64,000 nt of DNA, taken from Prevotella sp. (GTDB taxonomy: Bacteria > Bacteroidota > Bacteroidia > Bacteroidales > Dysgonomonadaceae). Every line of letters begins with the position of its first letter. Positions within the stretch are counted from its first letter, which is position 1. The stretch spans positions 64,001 to 128,000 of the forward strand of contig JAITVV010000092.1 of NCBI GenBank assembly GCA_031285625.1, written 5' to 3'. Shown here in pieces: positions 1 to 10,121 of the stretch. The notes below the pieces were generated by a model. That model did no database searches. It was not told the origin of the DNA and saw nothing but the letters and a program-made list of their open reading frames with translations. The translations under genes were made by a program, and so were the position numbers.

Positions 1-227
1 TTACTTTTTGTTATTTAAATATATTATTTCTATTTCGTTCAAAACTAATAAAATACACACATACCTTAATTCCCCGTTTATAAAAATGAGGCTTAATCAA
101 GGCATATGCACACTTTTAGGCGTGCAAATATAATCTTTTATTCTTTACAAATCATAATAAATATAAAGAAAATGAACTAATTTATAAATTCACAAACGAG
201 CTAATTAAGAGGATATATTAACTACAA

Positions 228-1877
228 TTATTCCTGCTTCCTAATCTCTGCTCTCTTTATTTTTCCACTTATTGTTTTTGGCAGTTCATCTACAAATTCA
301 ATGATACGCGGATATTTATATGGAGCTGTCACTTTTTTTACATGATCCTGTATTTCATGTTTAAGGTGATCGTTTGCTTTATCCTTATAGTCCTGGGCCA
401 AAACGATAGTAGCTTTCACTACCTGCCCCCTTATCTCGTCGGGAACACCTGTTATGGCACATTCCACAACAGCAGGATGTGTCATTAAGGCACTCTCTAC
501 CTCAAATGGCCCTATACGATAACCGGAGCTCTTGATTACATCATCCATACGCCCTACAAACCAGTAATAACCATCTTCGTCACGCCAGGCCATATCACCT
601 GTATGATATACATTATTATAGTAAACCTGTTTGGTAAGAGCTTCATCGCGATAATATTCCATAAACAACCCTAAAGGTCTCCATCTATCAGTTTTGATAA
701 CAACTTCTCCAACCTCTCCGTCTTCTACTGAACGTCCATCCGCCGCAATAAGGTCCATATCATATGCCGGATTAGGCACACCCATCGATCCCGGTTTAGG
801 CTCCAGCCAAGGAAAAGTTATAATAGTAGGTGTAGTCTCTGTTTGACCAAACGCCTCCATCATCTTAATACCTGTTCCTTTATAGAAAGCATCAAACACA
901 GATGGATTTAGTGCTTCCCCTGCTGTAGTTGCATACTTTAATGATGATAGATCATATTGGGCTAAATCCTCGCGTATCATAAAACGGAATACCGTAGGAG
1001 GTGCACAAAAAGATGTCACTTTATATTCCTGAATAAGATGTAGCATGGCTTGTGGAGTAAATTTCTCGTGATCATAGACCATCACGGCAGCACCTACAAT
1101 CCATTGTCCGTATAGCTTTCCCCACACAGCCTTGGCCCAGCCGGTATCGGCAACTGTAAGATGCAAACTCTCTTCATTCAGGTTATGCCAATACTTTGCA
1201 GTAACAATATGTCCCAAAGGATATACAAAGTTATGAATTACCATTTTGGGCTCACCGGTTGTACCTGAGGTAAAATATAATATAGAAATATCATCATTCG
1301 TATTTACACTTTCCGGTCTCACAAAAGGCTTCGCTTTTTCTAGCCCTTTATGAAAATCATCCCATCCTGATGGTATATTATCGCCACATGCAATCAGATG
1401 CTTTATTGTAGGTGATTCTGACATTGCATCGTTTATATGATTGATTACAATTTCATCATTTACACTGATGATTGCTTTTATATCTGCCGCATTGTTACGA
1501 TAAACAATGTCCTTTTTTGTCAGTAAGTGTGTCGCGGGAATGGCAACAGCACCTATTTTATGTAATCCGATAACTGCAAACCAGAATTCATAGCGGCGTT
1601 TCATGATCAACATTACCATATCTCCTTTTCCTATTCCAAGGGAAAGGAAATAGGATGCAGCCCTGTCACTTTGTTCTTTTATATCTGCAAATGTAAAATC
1701 AATATGTTCACCCTGATCATTAGCCCAACAGATTGCTCTTTTGTCAGGATTTGTTTTTGCCCATCCATCTACAACATCATATCCAAAATTAAAATTCTCC
1801 GGAATCTGTACATGATAATTATCGGCAAAATCTTTGGTTGAAGTAAAATGTGTTTGTTTTAAAAATCTTTCTAACAT
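228..1877 (-). CDS. AMP-forming acyl-CoA synthetase (acetyl-/short-chain acyl-CoA ligase)
   Basis: 549 aa ORF with AMP-binding motif YFTSGTTGEPK, FGQTET, YHTGD, GRMDDVIKSSGYRIGPFEVES and C-terminal LPKTISGKI. Confidence 0.93.
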   Translation of the reverse strand: MLERFLKQTHFTSTKDFADNYHVQIPENFNFGYDVVDGWAKTNPDKRAICWANDQGEHIDFTFADIKEQSDRAASYFLSLGIGKGDMVMLIMKRRYEFWFAVIGLHKIGAVAIPATHLLTKKDIVYRNNAADIKAIISVNDEIVINHINDAMSESPTIKHLIACGDNIPSGWDDFHKGLEKAKPFVRPESVNTNDDISILYFTSGTTGEPKMVIHNFVYPLGHIVTAKYWHNLNEESLHLTVADTGWAKAVWGKLYGQWIVGAAVMVYDHEKFTPQAMLHLIQEYKVTSFCAPPTVFRFMIREDLAQYDLSSLKYATTAGEALNPSVFDAFYKGTGIKMMEAFGQTETTPTIITFPWLEPKPGSMGVPNPAYDMDLIAADGRSVEDGEVGEVVIKTDRWRPLGLFMEYYRDEALTKQVYYNNVYHTGDMAWRDEDGYYWFVGRMDDVIKSSGYRIGPFEVESALMTHPAVVECAITGVPDEIRGQVVKATIVLAQDYKDKANDHLKHEIQDHVKKVTAPYKYPRIIEFVDELPKTISGKIKRAEIRKQE

Positions 1878-1923
1878 TACATATAGGAATTAGACGATTA
1901 GCTAATATGAAAATAATTAAAGC

Positions 1924-2484
1924 TTATAAAACAACTGCTATAAACTTTACTTTTTTGCCATCTAAGGCTTTCATACCATGAGGCAGGCCTGAATCGAAGT
2001 AGATACTATCCCCTTCTTCCAAAATCAAGTCTTTTCCATTTATCTGGAGCAACATGCGACCTTCCAACACAAGATTAAATTCCTGACCAGAATGTCTGCT
2101 ATGATGGATTTCCACATCATCCCCTTTAGGCTCTACTGTAACTTCAAATACATCGGCCTTGCGATTATTGAAACCTCCGGCTAAAGTCTGATAACTGTAA
2201 TCAGCTACACGGTTTACAGCCATCCCTTTTCCTTTACGTGTTAGAAAATAGCTGCTCATACGTGGTTCTCCATCAAACATAAGAACCGAAACATCAATAT
2301 TATGTTTTGATGCAATTCCTTTCAGCAGGCTTATAGTTAAATCTCTTTCCCCGGCTTCGTACCTAATATACTCATCTACCGGAATATCACAAGATGTGGA
2401 GAATTCTTCCACAGTCATATCCAGAGCCTCACGCAAGCCCTTCAGACGTTGACCTATTTGTTTCATATCTTCGTTCATATCCAT
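1924..2484 (-). CDS. XRE-family HTH transcriptional regulator with C-terminal cupin domain
   Basis: N-terminal IGQRLKGLRE...YIRYEAGE HTH; cupin motifs HSGQEFNLVLEG and GDSIYFDSGLPHG; directly upstream of the acyl-CoA synthetase. Confidence 0.9.
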   Translation of the reverse strand: MDMNEDMKQIGQRLKGLREALDMTVEEFSTSCDIPVDEYIRYEAGERDLTISLLKGIASKHNIDVSVLMFDGEPRMSSYFLTRKGKGMAVNRVADYSYQTLAGGFNNRKADVFEVTVEPKGDDVEIHHSRHSGQEFNLVLEGRMLLQINGKDLILEEGDSIYFDSGLPHGMKALDGKKVKFIAVVL

Positions 2485-2494
2485 CGGAATTATA

Positions 2495-3412
2495 TTATGA
2501 ATCTTTCTTCTTAGAAATATCAGTAAGCAACATCTGCATATTTTTTGGCACAGAACTCTTAAACTCTAACAGTTCGCCTGTTGCCGGATGCTTCAACGTC
2601 AGTTCGCCTGCATGGAGAGCTATCCGCTTTATAGGATTATTAGATGCTCCATATTTTTTATCACCTACTACCGAGTGTCCTATTTGTTGCATATGAACAC
2701 GAATCTGATTCTTACGCCTGGTTTCGAGATTAAAACTTAACAAAGAATAGCGGCCTATCGATTTTATTGTTTTATAGTGTGTTATGGACTTCAAACCTCC
2801 ATTATCTGTAGGAGATGACATCATTACAAAATTTTTATTCTCTGTCAACCATGAAGTTACTGTTCCATTTGATGGATTCGGGCGACCGTCTACTACTGCT
2901 ACATATGCATAATTAATTACTATAGCATCCCAGTTTTTCTGGAATATCTCTTGTAATTCCGGGTTTCTTGCAAAAATCATAAGTCCGGAAACTTCCCTGT
3001 CGAGCCGGTGCAGAACAAAAACCCGTCCGTTCTTATCTTTCTTTTTCACATATTCATTCAAAGCTTTAAAAACTGTGCGCGATTTTTCTTTATCTGTAGA
3101 TACAGACAGGAAACCGGCTTCCTTATCTACAACAATTATATCATCATCTTCAAACAGTATTTTTGCACCTTTCAGCTTCTTTTCTTTACGAGACTGGTCG
3201 AACTTCATCACCGAAACTTTATCTCCGGCTTTTAACTCAAAATCAAACTGGGTAACAAGCTTCCCATTCACCTTAATTTGCTTATGGGCAAGAAGTGACT
3301 TTACTGCATTACGGCTTTTACGCACCTGTTTCTCGATAAGAAAATCAAGTAGCTGAGCTTGCTGAATTACCTTGATTTCCTGAAGCGACTTATCCTTAGG
3401 ATTATTTCTCAT
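2495..3412 (-). CDS. RluA-family RNA pseudouridine synthase with S4-like N-terminus
   Basis: Catalytic HRLDREVSG, VDKEAG, LETRRKNQIRVH and GDKKYG motifs. Confidence 0.92.
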   Translation of the reverse strand: MRNNPKDKSLQEIKVIQQAQLLDFLIEKQVRKSRNAVKSLLAHKQIKVNGKLVTQFDFELKAGDKVSVMKFDQSRKEKKLKGAKILFEDDDIIVVDKEAGFLSVSTDKEKSRTVFKALNEYVKKKDKNGRVFVLHRLDREVSGLMIFARNPELQEIFQKNWDAIVINYAYVAVVDGRPNPSNGTVTSWLTENKNFVMMSSPTDNGGLKSITHYKTIKSIGRYSLLSFNLETRRKNQIRVHMQQIGHSVVGDKKYGASNNPIKRIALHAGELTLKHPATGELLEFKSSVPKNMQMLLTDISKKKDS

Positions 3413-3586
3413 TTAGTTTTATGTATGAATAGAAAACAAAGGTAAGTGTTTTTCTTTTATACAAAGAACTGAATTTACATTTTTACACCTCGCATATAAT
3501 ATATTCAAATTCTCTACAGATTTGCTACAGAATCGCACTTTATGTTTGCATTAGAAACAAGAACATGTTTTACAAAATATACAATT

Positions 3587-3901
3587 ATGAAAAAACTACT
3601 ATTTTTGGCTCTTTTGTCTATAACTATTAGTACAATCAGCGCAGAAAACAATACTATAGCAAAGGTTGAATGGAGTTACGGTTATCCATACAAAGGATAT
3701 AAAGGTAATATTGCACCCGAAAAACTACCAAAATCCATTCAAAAATATCTGAATGAAAATTATCCGGATCACTCTGTAATAGTATCTAAAAGAAAAGGAA
3801 ACGGTAATTATTTTGTAAAGATCAGATTTGGAGGAAACCAGTACAGATCATATTACAGAAGTTTGGTATTTGACAGTGAAGGTTCGGTAATAAAAGGCTA
3901 A
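3587..3901 (+). CDS. Small secreted protein, possibly PepSY-like/BLIP-like
   Basis: Signal peptide MKKLLFLALLSITISTISA from ATG 3587; LPKSIQKYLNENYP and LVFDSEG resemble the PepSY-like repeat. Confidence 0.6.
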   Translation: MKKLLFLALLSITISTISAENNTIAKVEWSYGYPYKGYKGNIAPEKLPKSIQKYLNENYPDHSVIVSKRKGNGNYFVKIRFGGNQYRSYYRSLVFDSEGSVIKG

Positions 3902-3932
3902 ACACACCTTCACAAACTACACAATAATAGAG

Positions 3933-3968
3933 ATGTCCGCGTTGATAATGCGGACATTTCGCTTTATT
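3933..3968 (+). terminator. Probable intrinsic terminator
   Basis: ATGTCCGC...GCGGACAT stem followed by a T-rich tail just after stop 3901. Confidence 0.55.
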
Positions 3969-4034
3969 AGCCCTATCTAATCAAAGCATTACCGAATTAA
4001 CATTTATATTTTGTCTTTCACTGTATTTTATTCT

Positions 4035-4042
4035 TACCTTTG
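4035..4042 (+). promoter_or_regulatory. Bacteroidetes sigma-A -7 element (TACCTTTG) for riboswitch/btu operon
   Basis: Exact TAnnTTTG immediately before the riboswitch. Confidence 0.7.
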
Positions 4043-4046
4043 CACC

Positions 4047-4332
4047 GCTTTGTTTCGCTAACAGATTATTCTTAAAGATCTGTACGAATTAAAAGGGAAT
4101 CAGGTGAAAATCCTGAACAGACCCGCTGCTGTAAGCTCTTTTCAGTTAACAGTCATCAGTTAACAATATAGCTGAGAAAGTCTTTGAGTAAGAAAAGCCA
4201 CTGTCACAAACAGTAATCAGGCATCAGTGATCAGGCATCAACCTTTTGTTGATAACTGCTAATTGATAACTGTTAACTGACATAGATGGGAAGGCCGTTC
4301 AAAGACAGAGTAAGTCAGAAGACCTGCAAAGT
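4047..4332 (+). ncRNA. Cobalamin (AdoCbl-class) riboswitch
   Basis: AAAAGGGAAtCAGGtgaaaatCCTGaacagacCCGCTGCTGTAA (4091-4134), GCCACTG (4197), GGGAAGGC (4288) and B12 box AAGTCAGAAGACCTGC (4312-4327), upstream of a BtuB-like gene. Confidence 0.93.
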
Positions 4333-4428
4333 AGATATTCGGACAGCTTTCGAGGAATAAGGCTTAAGAAACAGTGTAAAGAATCTCCGTTCTTTTCTTT
4401 GTTCTTATCGAAAGCAATATAATATTGT

Positions 4429-6423
4429 ATGATGAGAACTTTTTTATTCTCCGTTTTATTCTTTTTTGTTATAGGATGTATTCCTTCACAGGCCCAGATA
4501 AATGATAGTATCAATGCTAAGAAACTATCTGAAGTAGAGGTATCTGCACATATCAAGCCATCTGTATCGCGCTCCACTACCCCATTGCAGGTAATAGATA
4601 ATACCGAAATGGAACGTATTGGAATATTATCGGTATCCGATGCGGTAAGACGTTTTTCGGGTGTCACAGTAAAAGATTATGGAGGCATTGGGGGTATGAA
4701 AACTGTTTCTATAAGAGGGATGGGCGCTCAACATACTGCTGTAAGCTACGATGGAGTAACGATGAGTAATGTGCAATCAGGACAAATAGACATCAGTAGG
4801 TTCTCATTAGATAATGTATCTATGGTAACACTCTCCATTGGTCAGTCTGACAATATATTCCAGCCTGCCCGATCATATGCTTCAGCCGGGCTGCTTGAAG
4901 TTACAACTGCAAATCCTCTTTTTTCGAATAAATCATATAATCTGAATGCCCAGATCAAAACAGGCTCATATGGTCTGTTTAATCCCACAATATATTATGC
5001 CCAGCGAATAAATAGCAAATTTTCAATTTCTTTGAACAGTGGCTGGGAAAGAGCTGATGGCAGATATAAATTTACATTCAAAAACGCAACACAAACAGAG
5101 GAACGTAAACGCAGAAACTCAGATGTAGATATCTGGAGAACGGAACTCAATCTCTATGGCAACATGGGAAAGGCCGGGGAATTAAGATTTAAGGTCAATT
5201 ACTATGATTCGGAAAGAGGGTTACCGGGCTCTATCATTTTTTATAAAGACGATAATGATGAAAGGGTTTGGAATAAAGATTTATTTTCCCAACTATTATA
5301 CAAAAACAAATTAAACGAGAAACTGGAAATAAAGGCACAGGCTAAATTTAGCCGCAACTATTACAAATACCTGTCAATAACAAATAATGTAGAGGGAGGC
5401 AAACAAGAAGACAGAATTACGCAGTTTGAATATTATGCTTCAGCAGGTGTTTTATACAGGCCACTGCAATACCTTTCAGTCAGTTTGTTTGAAGATGTTT
5501 TTCAGAATCGCCTGAATAGCAATTTTGCGGATGTGGATAAGCCCAAAAGGTTTTCATCTCTTACTGCATTGGCAGCCCAGTTCAACAACAAGCACTTAAC
5601 TATAACAGGAAGTTTATTAGCGACTTATGTAGACGAAAATGTAAAAGGTGAGGATGCGCCGGATGATAAGAAGAAGATCACTCCATCCTTAAGTATCTCC
5701 TATCTGCCATTCAATGAGACCAATCTTAGAATACGAGCTTCATATAAAAAGATATTCAGGGTGCCAACTTTTGATGATATGTATTATATACGCATGGGTA
5801 ATATCAATCTAAAGCCCGAATATGCTACACAATATAATATAGGATTGACTTGGACAGAAAAAATTTCTGACACATTCGATTTCATCAGCATATCATTGGA
5901 CGGATATAAGAATAAAGTGGATGATAAGATTGTACCATTTCCTACAATGAATATTTTCAAAATGAGAAATTATGGTAATGTGGACATGACCGGATTGGAT
6001 CTTAATACACGTCTCCATGCAGCACTTACTTCTGATATTTCACTCGATGTAACCGGAAACTACAGTTATCAGAAGGTTATCGATGTAACAGACAAGGATA
6101 GTAAAAACTACAAAGATCAAGTACCTTATACTCCGCGCCATTATGGTTCAGGCTCAGTAAGTCTCGAAAATCCGTGGATAAATTTTGCCTATACGGTTAT
6201 CATATCAGGTAAGCGTTATGCGTCAGACCAGAACCTTACCGAAAATGAAATAGAATCATATACAGATCATAGTATCTCTTTTAATAAAGCATTTACTATA
6301 AATAATAATCGTTTACGGTTACAGTTGAATCTGATAAATCTGGCAAATAAGAATTATCAAATCATCGAATATTACCCAATGCCCGGACGATCGTTTACTA
6401 TATCGGCAAATTATAATTTTTAA
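4429..6423 (+). CDS. btuB: TonB-dependent cobalamin receptor (BtuB-like)
   Basis: Signal peptide, LSEVEVSA TonB-box region, plug motif VKDYGGIGGMKTVSIRG, C-terminal YPMPGRSFTISANYNF; downstream of a cobalamin riboswitch. Confidence 0.85.
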   Translation: MMRTFLFSVLFFFVIGCIPSQAQINDSINAKKLSEVEVSAHIKPSVSRSTTPLQVIDNTEMERIGILSVSDAVRRFSGVTVKDYGGIGGMKTVSIRGMGAQHTAVSYDGVTMSNVQSGQIDISRFSLDNVSMVTLSIGQSDNIFQPARSYASAGLLEVTTANPLFSNKSYNLNAQIKTGSYGLFNPTIYYAQRINSKFSISLNSGWERADGRYKFTFKNATQTEERKRRNSDVDIWRTELNLYGNMGKAGELRFKVNYYDSERGLPGSIIFYKDDNDERVWNKDLFSQLLYKNKLNEKLEIKAQAKFSRNYYKYLSITNNVEGGKQEDRITQFEYYASAGVLYRPLQYLSVSLFEDVFQNRLNSNFADVDKPKRFSSLTALAAQFNNKHLTITGSLLATYVDENVKGEDAPDDKKKITPSLSISYLPFNETNLRIRASYKKIFRVPTFDDMYYIRMGNINLKPEYATQYNIGLTWTEKISDTFDFISISLDGYKNKVDDKIVPFPTMNIFKMRNYGNVDMTGLDLNTRLHAALTSDISLDVTGNYSYQKVIDVTDKDSKNYKDQVPYTPRHYGSGSVSLENPWINFAYTVIISGKRYASDQNLTENEIESYTDHSISFNKAFTINNNRLRLQLNLINLANKNYQIIEYYPMPGRSFTISANYNF

Positions 6424-6440
6424 TATAAATATTTATCAAT

Positions 6441-7529
6441 ATGAAAATGAATAAGCTTTTTTACATCTTTCTTTCTATCACATTAGTTCTAGGATTTGCT
6501 TCCTGTAGTGACGATGATGATTACCCTGTTGTCGAACCACCTTTGGTAGGTACAGGAGCATATATCTTAAATAGTGGAAAGAGTGGAGATAATAATACTA
6601 ATATTGCTTATTATGATTATGAAACAGGTAAGGTTACCTATGGTATATTCGAATCTATAAACGATAAGCAACTAGGCGACACCGGACAAGATATTATCAC
6701 GTATGGGGAAAGAACCTATGTGGCTGTATATGGTTCAGCTGTTATTTATGTCTTAGATAAAACAGGTAAAATATTAAGCACGATAGAATCGACAAATGAT
6801 GGTAAAAAGCAACAGCCAAGAAATCTGACCGCATATGATGGCAGGATATATGTAACATATTTTGATGGATACCTGGCAAAAATAAATCCCAGCACTTTGA
6901 AAATTGAAGCTCAGGTAGCCGTTGGCCGTAACCCTGAGTATGTACGCGCATCCAAAGGTAAACTATATGTTGCCAATTCCGGAGGTATGGATTATAATAC
7001 ACCTATAGGATATGATAAAACAGTTTCGGTAGTAGATGTTGCAACCTTTAAGGAAGATAAGAAAATAGATGTAGTCCTTAATCCTGATAAGATGGTAGTA
7101 GATAGTCAGGGAGACATTTATGTAATATCGAATGGTAACTATGGAGATATCCCAAATACCCTGCAACGTATAGATGCTAATACTCAAGAAGTAACTCAGG
7201 TAGGAAATGCAACCTGGATGACAATGTGTAATGATAAATTATATATCATTTATTCTCAGTACGATGCTAACTGGAATCAGACCATAACATATAGTGTATA
7301 CGATGCCATAAATGAGAAAAAAATAAGTGATAATTTTATTACTGACGGAACTGATATAGATAAGCCATATAGTATATCTGCCGATCCTGTAAAAAATTAT
7401 ATTTTCATTGGAACATCCAACTATACGACCAATGGCGATATGTATATATTCAGCACAGATGGGAAACTAGTAAAAAAAATTGACACAAACGGATTAAACC
7501 CTATTGTTGTTTGTGCTACTGTTAAATAA
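6441..7529 (+). CDS. Surface lipoprotein, YncE/BtuG-like beta-propeller B12-binding protein
   Basis: Lipobox FASC followed by acidic SDDDD export signal; repeated KLYVAN/RIYVT propeller blades; position in btu operon. Confidence 0.8.
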   Translation: MKMNKLFYIFLSITLVLGFASCSDDDDYPVVEPPLVGTGAYILNSGKSGDNNTNIAYYDYETGKVTYGIFESINDKQLGDTGQDIITYGERTYVAVYGSAVIYVLDKTGKILSTIESTNDGKKQQPRNLTAYDGRIYVTYFDGYLAKINPSTLKIEAQVAVGRNPEYVRASKGKLYVANSGGMDYNTPIGYDKTVSVVDVATFKEDKKIDVVLNPDKMVVDSQGDIYVISNGNYGDIPNTLQRIDANTQEVTQVGNATWMTMCNDKLYIIYSQYDANWNQTITYSVYDAINEKKISDNFITDGTDIDKPYSISADPVKNYIFIGTSNYTTNGDMYIFSTDGKLVKKIDTNGLNPIVVCATVK

Positions 7530-7537
7530 ATCTGTTA

Positions 7538-8683
7538 ATGAAATTCTTCAACATAACATTACTTATTTCAATCTTCTTTGCACTTGCGGCCTGTAATAAA
7601 AACAGGCCAGCAGGGCAAGATAATAACCAGACTGAAGCAAATGCAGATACGGCATATACCGTACATTATGCAAAAGGTTTTCAAGTGAAAAAGTATGGTG
7701 ATTATACATTTGTATCAGTACGTGACCCATGGGATACAACCCGTTTGCTGCAAACATATATCTTAGTGGATAAGCAAAAAGAATTACCTGCTAATTTGCC
7801 TCAGGGTACAATAGTGAGAACGCCTCTAAATAATGTTGCTACATATTCTACTATACACTGTTCATCACTGAATGAACTGGGAGTTACAGATATTATAAAA
7901 GGTGTATGTGAGCCACAATATATCAAATTAGATGTGATTCAGCAGGGTGTAAAAAGCGGGACTATAACAGATCTGGGAATGGCAAGTAAACCTGATGTTG
8001 AGAAAATAATAATGTTGAATCCGGATGCGATTTTTGCCACTCCCATACAGGGCTGGACATATGGTAATATAGAAAAGACAAAGATACCTATTCTGGAAAC
8101 AATAGACTATACCGAGTCAAATCCGTTGGGACGCGCCGAATGGGTACGTTTTTATTCCCTGTTTACAGGAACAGAACAATTAGCTGATTCTCTCTTTGCT
8201 ATTACAGAAAAGAATTACAAAGAGATCAAAAAGATAGTATCTAACACCACCCAACGTCCGTCAGTTTTGACGGATATTCGCTATCAGGGCAAATGGAATA
8301 TGCCGGGAGGAAAAAGTTTTATGTCTAATATGCTGGCTGATGCCGGAGCTACATATCCTTGGGCAGAGAACAGTTCAACGACTTATATGCCTTTAGCTTT
8401 CGAAAGTGTACTGGATAAAGCAGGTGATGCTGATATATGGATCATAAAATACAATACACCTTCGGACTTGACTTATGAAAGCCTTGAGAAAGAGTATAAG
8501 CCATACTCTCACTTTAAATCATTTAGAGACAGGAATATATATGGATGTAATACCGCTTATAGCAGCTATTACGAGGATCTGCCAATTCATCCGGATTATA
8601 TATTAAAAGATATGGCATACGTGTTTCATCCTGAATTATTTCCGGATTACACACCTAAATATTACAAAAAGTTTGGTGAATGA
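7538..8683 (+). CDS. ABC-type B12/iron substrate-binding lipoprotein (BtuF-like)
   Basis: Lipobox LAAC; DYTESNPLGRAEWVRF and HPDYILKD...FHPEL motifs typical of Bacteroidetes periplasmic binding proteins. Confidence 0.85.
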   Translation: MKFFNITLLISIFFALAACNKNRPAGQDNNQTEANADTAYTVHYAKGFQVKKYGDYTFVSVRDPWDTTRLLQTYILVDKQKELPANLPQGTIVRTPLNNVATYSTIHCSSLNELGVTDIIKGVCEPQYIKLDVIQQGVKSGTITDLGMASKPDVEKIIMLNPDAIFATPIQGWTYGNIEKTKIPILETIDYTESNPLGRAEWVRFYSLFTGTEQLADSLFAITEKNYKEIKKIVSNTTQRPSVLTDIRYQGKWNMPGGKSFMSNMLADAGATYPWAENSSTTYMPLAFESVLDKAGDADIWIIKYNTPSDLTYESLEKEYKPYSHFKSFRDRNIYGCNTAYSSYYEDLPIHPDYILKDMAYVFHPELFPDYTPKYYKKFGE

Positions 8684-8701
8684 TTATTATATATAGGTTT
8701 G

Positions 8702-8740
8702 AAAAGGTGTTGGAGTCATATTTGATCTAACACCTTTTTT
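8702..8740. terminator. Bidirectional intrinsic terminator between convergent genes
   Basis: AAAAGGTGTTGG...CTAACACCTTTTTT stem with A/T tails on both sides. Confidence 0.8.
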
Positions 8741-9374
8741 ATTCTGCATCTTCATTATCACCGCAACCTTTATCAAAATACTCCATCGTTTCGGGATCTA
8801 ATTCCAGACACTGTTTTTTTATTATTACCATTTTGTTGTCTACAACCTTATATGTTGTTTCATCCACATACATCCCTGCACAACACTGGTTTCGTTCAAA
8901 AATAGTTTTATTGTCGTCATTAAATTCTAAAGAGGTACCCATTATCTCACTTACAAAAAACTTTTTGATTTCAGGATCGTACAGTAAATATAAACTTACA
9001 GTATTAGGACCCGCTGCATATCCTGCAAACAATGAGAAATCCTCATAACCATCAAAATTAAAATCCCCGCCTCCTATGGTTCCCGCACCATGCCAATTAC
9101 AGAAATCACATTCAAGCTCAATTTCCTGAACAAACCTATTGGTATATTTATCAAATACCTGTACACTCGTAAAATCAGCAAAAGAGTATTCTTTACCTTT
9201 GGTTGTAACTAGTTTCAGATAATAATTTTCGAGTGAGTCTACTTCTGATATTTTGTTACACCATTCATCTTTTTCCCAGTCTTCTTCAGTAAGTGCCGAT
9301 ATTGTGCTTGGCGCTATCTGTCCATAGATATTTGCTGATATAATAAATAAGAATATAAAAGAAATAAGTTTCAT
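8739..9374 (-). CDS. Secreted hypothetical protein, XAC2610-related (Ca-binding DxNxDG loop)
   Basis: Signal peptide from ATG 9374 (MKLISFIFLF); DFNFDGYEDF and GPNTVSLYLLYDP motifs. Confidence 0.6.
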   Translation of the reverse strand: MKLISFIFLFIISANIYGQIAPSTISALTEEDWEKDEWCNKISEVDSLENYYLKLVTTKGKEYSFADFTSVQVFDKYTNRFVQEIELECDFCNWHGAGTIGGGDFNFDGYEDFSLFAGYAAGPNTVSLYLLYDPEIKKFFVSEIMGTSLEFNDDNKTIFERNQCCAGMYVDETTYKVVDNKMVIIKKQCLELDPETMEYFDKGCGDNEDAE

Positions 9375-9416
9375 AGTAGTATTGTAACAGTTAGATAGCA
9401 AATGTATAAAATAAAT

Positions 9417-9455
9417 AAAAGCAATACTCTTCTTTAATCAAGAGTATTGCTTTTT
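9417..9455. terminator. Intrinsic terminator
   Basis: AAAAGCAATACTCT...AGAGTATTGCTTTTT stem downstream of the 9475-10113 gene. Confidence 0.75.
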
Positions 9456-9474
9456 ATAAATATGTTCAAATTAT

Positions 9475-10113
9475 TCAGTAATAATGAACAATATCTATTA
9501 CATCAGATATGGACATTGCTCCCGGATTAATCCCCGGTTCCCCTTCAGGTACAGGTAGATTCAGTTTCCCGAAGTATTCTTTCCACTCTTTGGTTATCTC
9601 ATCCGAATCAGGCGATTTGAAAGTCATTATATTTAAAGGAAAAACAGGAACATTGTTATTTGCCCTTAATAGTATCTCATAAATAAATTCAGAGCAATAA
9701 TATTTATCATTCCCCATTACAAATCCATCATCATATTCTTTCCCGACCAACATAAATCCTTCCTCAATCGCTTTTGGAATACATCGTTGATACTCATCCT
9801 TCAGACGCCCGACCACAGATACGGGAAAACATCCTTTTCCATCTTCAGGATACAAATATCGATGCAAGGGCGTTACAGCTACTTTAGGATGAATAGCTTC
9901 AATCACATAAATACTACCTTTTTCATCGATATATACCATGCCTACATGAGTAAATTGATATCGATCCACACTAATTGTAACATCTTTTATAGCATTCCCC
10001 ATATTTCCTGAACATGATTCCTGAAAGATGAGATCGCCAGTCTGAAGTTTAAAGTCATCAGCCTTAACATTTAGGAATGATAAAATCAAGATAAAATATA
10101 TTATATTTCTCAT
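9475..10113 (-). CDS. YiiX/YebB-like permuted papain (NlpC/P60) amidase
   Basis: Signal peptide; LQTGDLIFQ, FTHVGMV (His) preceding YYCSEFI (Cys), i.e. permuted catalytic order. Confidence 0.85.
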   Translation of the reverse strand: MRNIIYFILILSFLNVKADDFKLQTGDLIFQESCSGNMGNAIKDVTISVDRYQFTHVGMVYIDEKGSIYVIEAIHPKVAVTPLHRYLYPEDGKGCFPVSVVGRLKDEYQRCIPKAIEEGFMLVGKEYDDGFVMGNDKYYCSEFIYEILLRANNNVPVFPLNIMTFKSPDSDEITKEWKEYFGKLNLPVPEGEPGINPGAMSISDVIDIVHYY

Positions 10114-10121
10114 GTCTTTTT

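Noticed and set aside
4299-4667. 122 aa minus-strand ORF, representative of many short antisense ORFs in the track
   Set aside because: Overlaps the riboswitch and btuB on the opposite strand with no motif; such ORFs shadow well-supported genes
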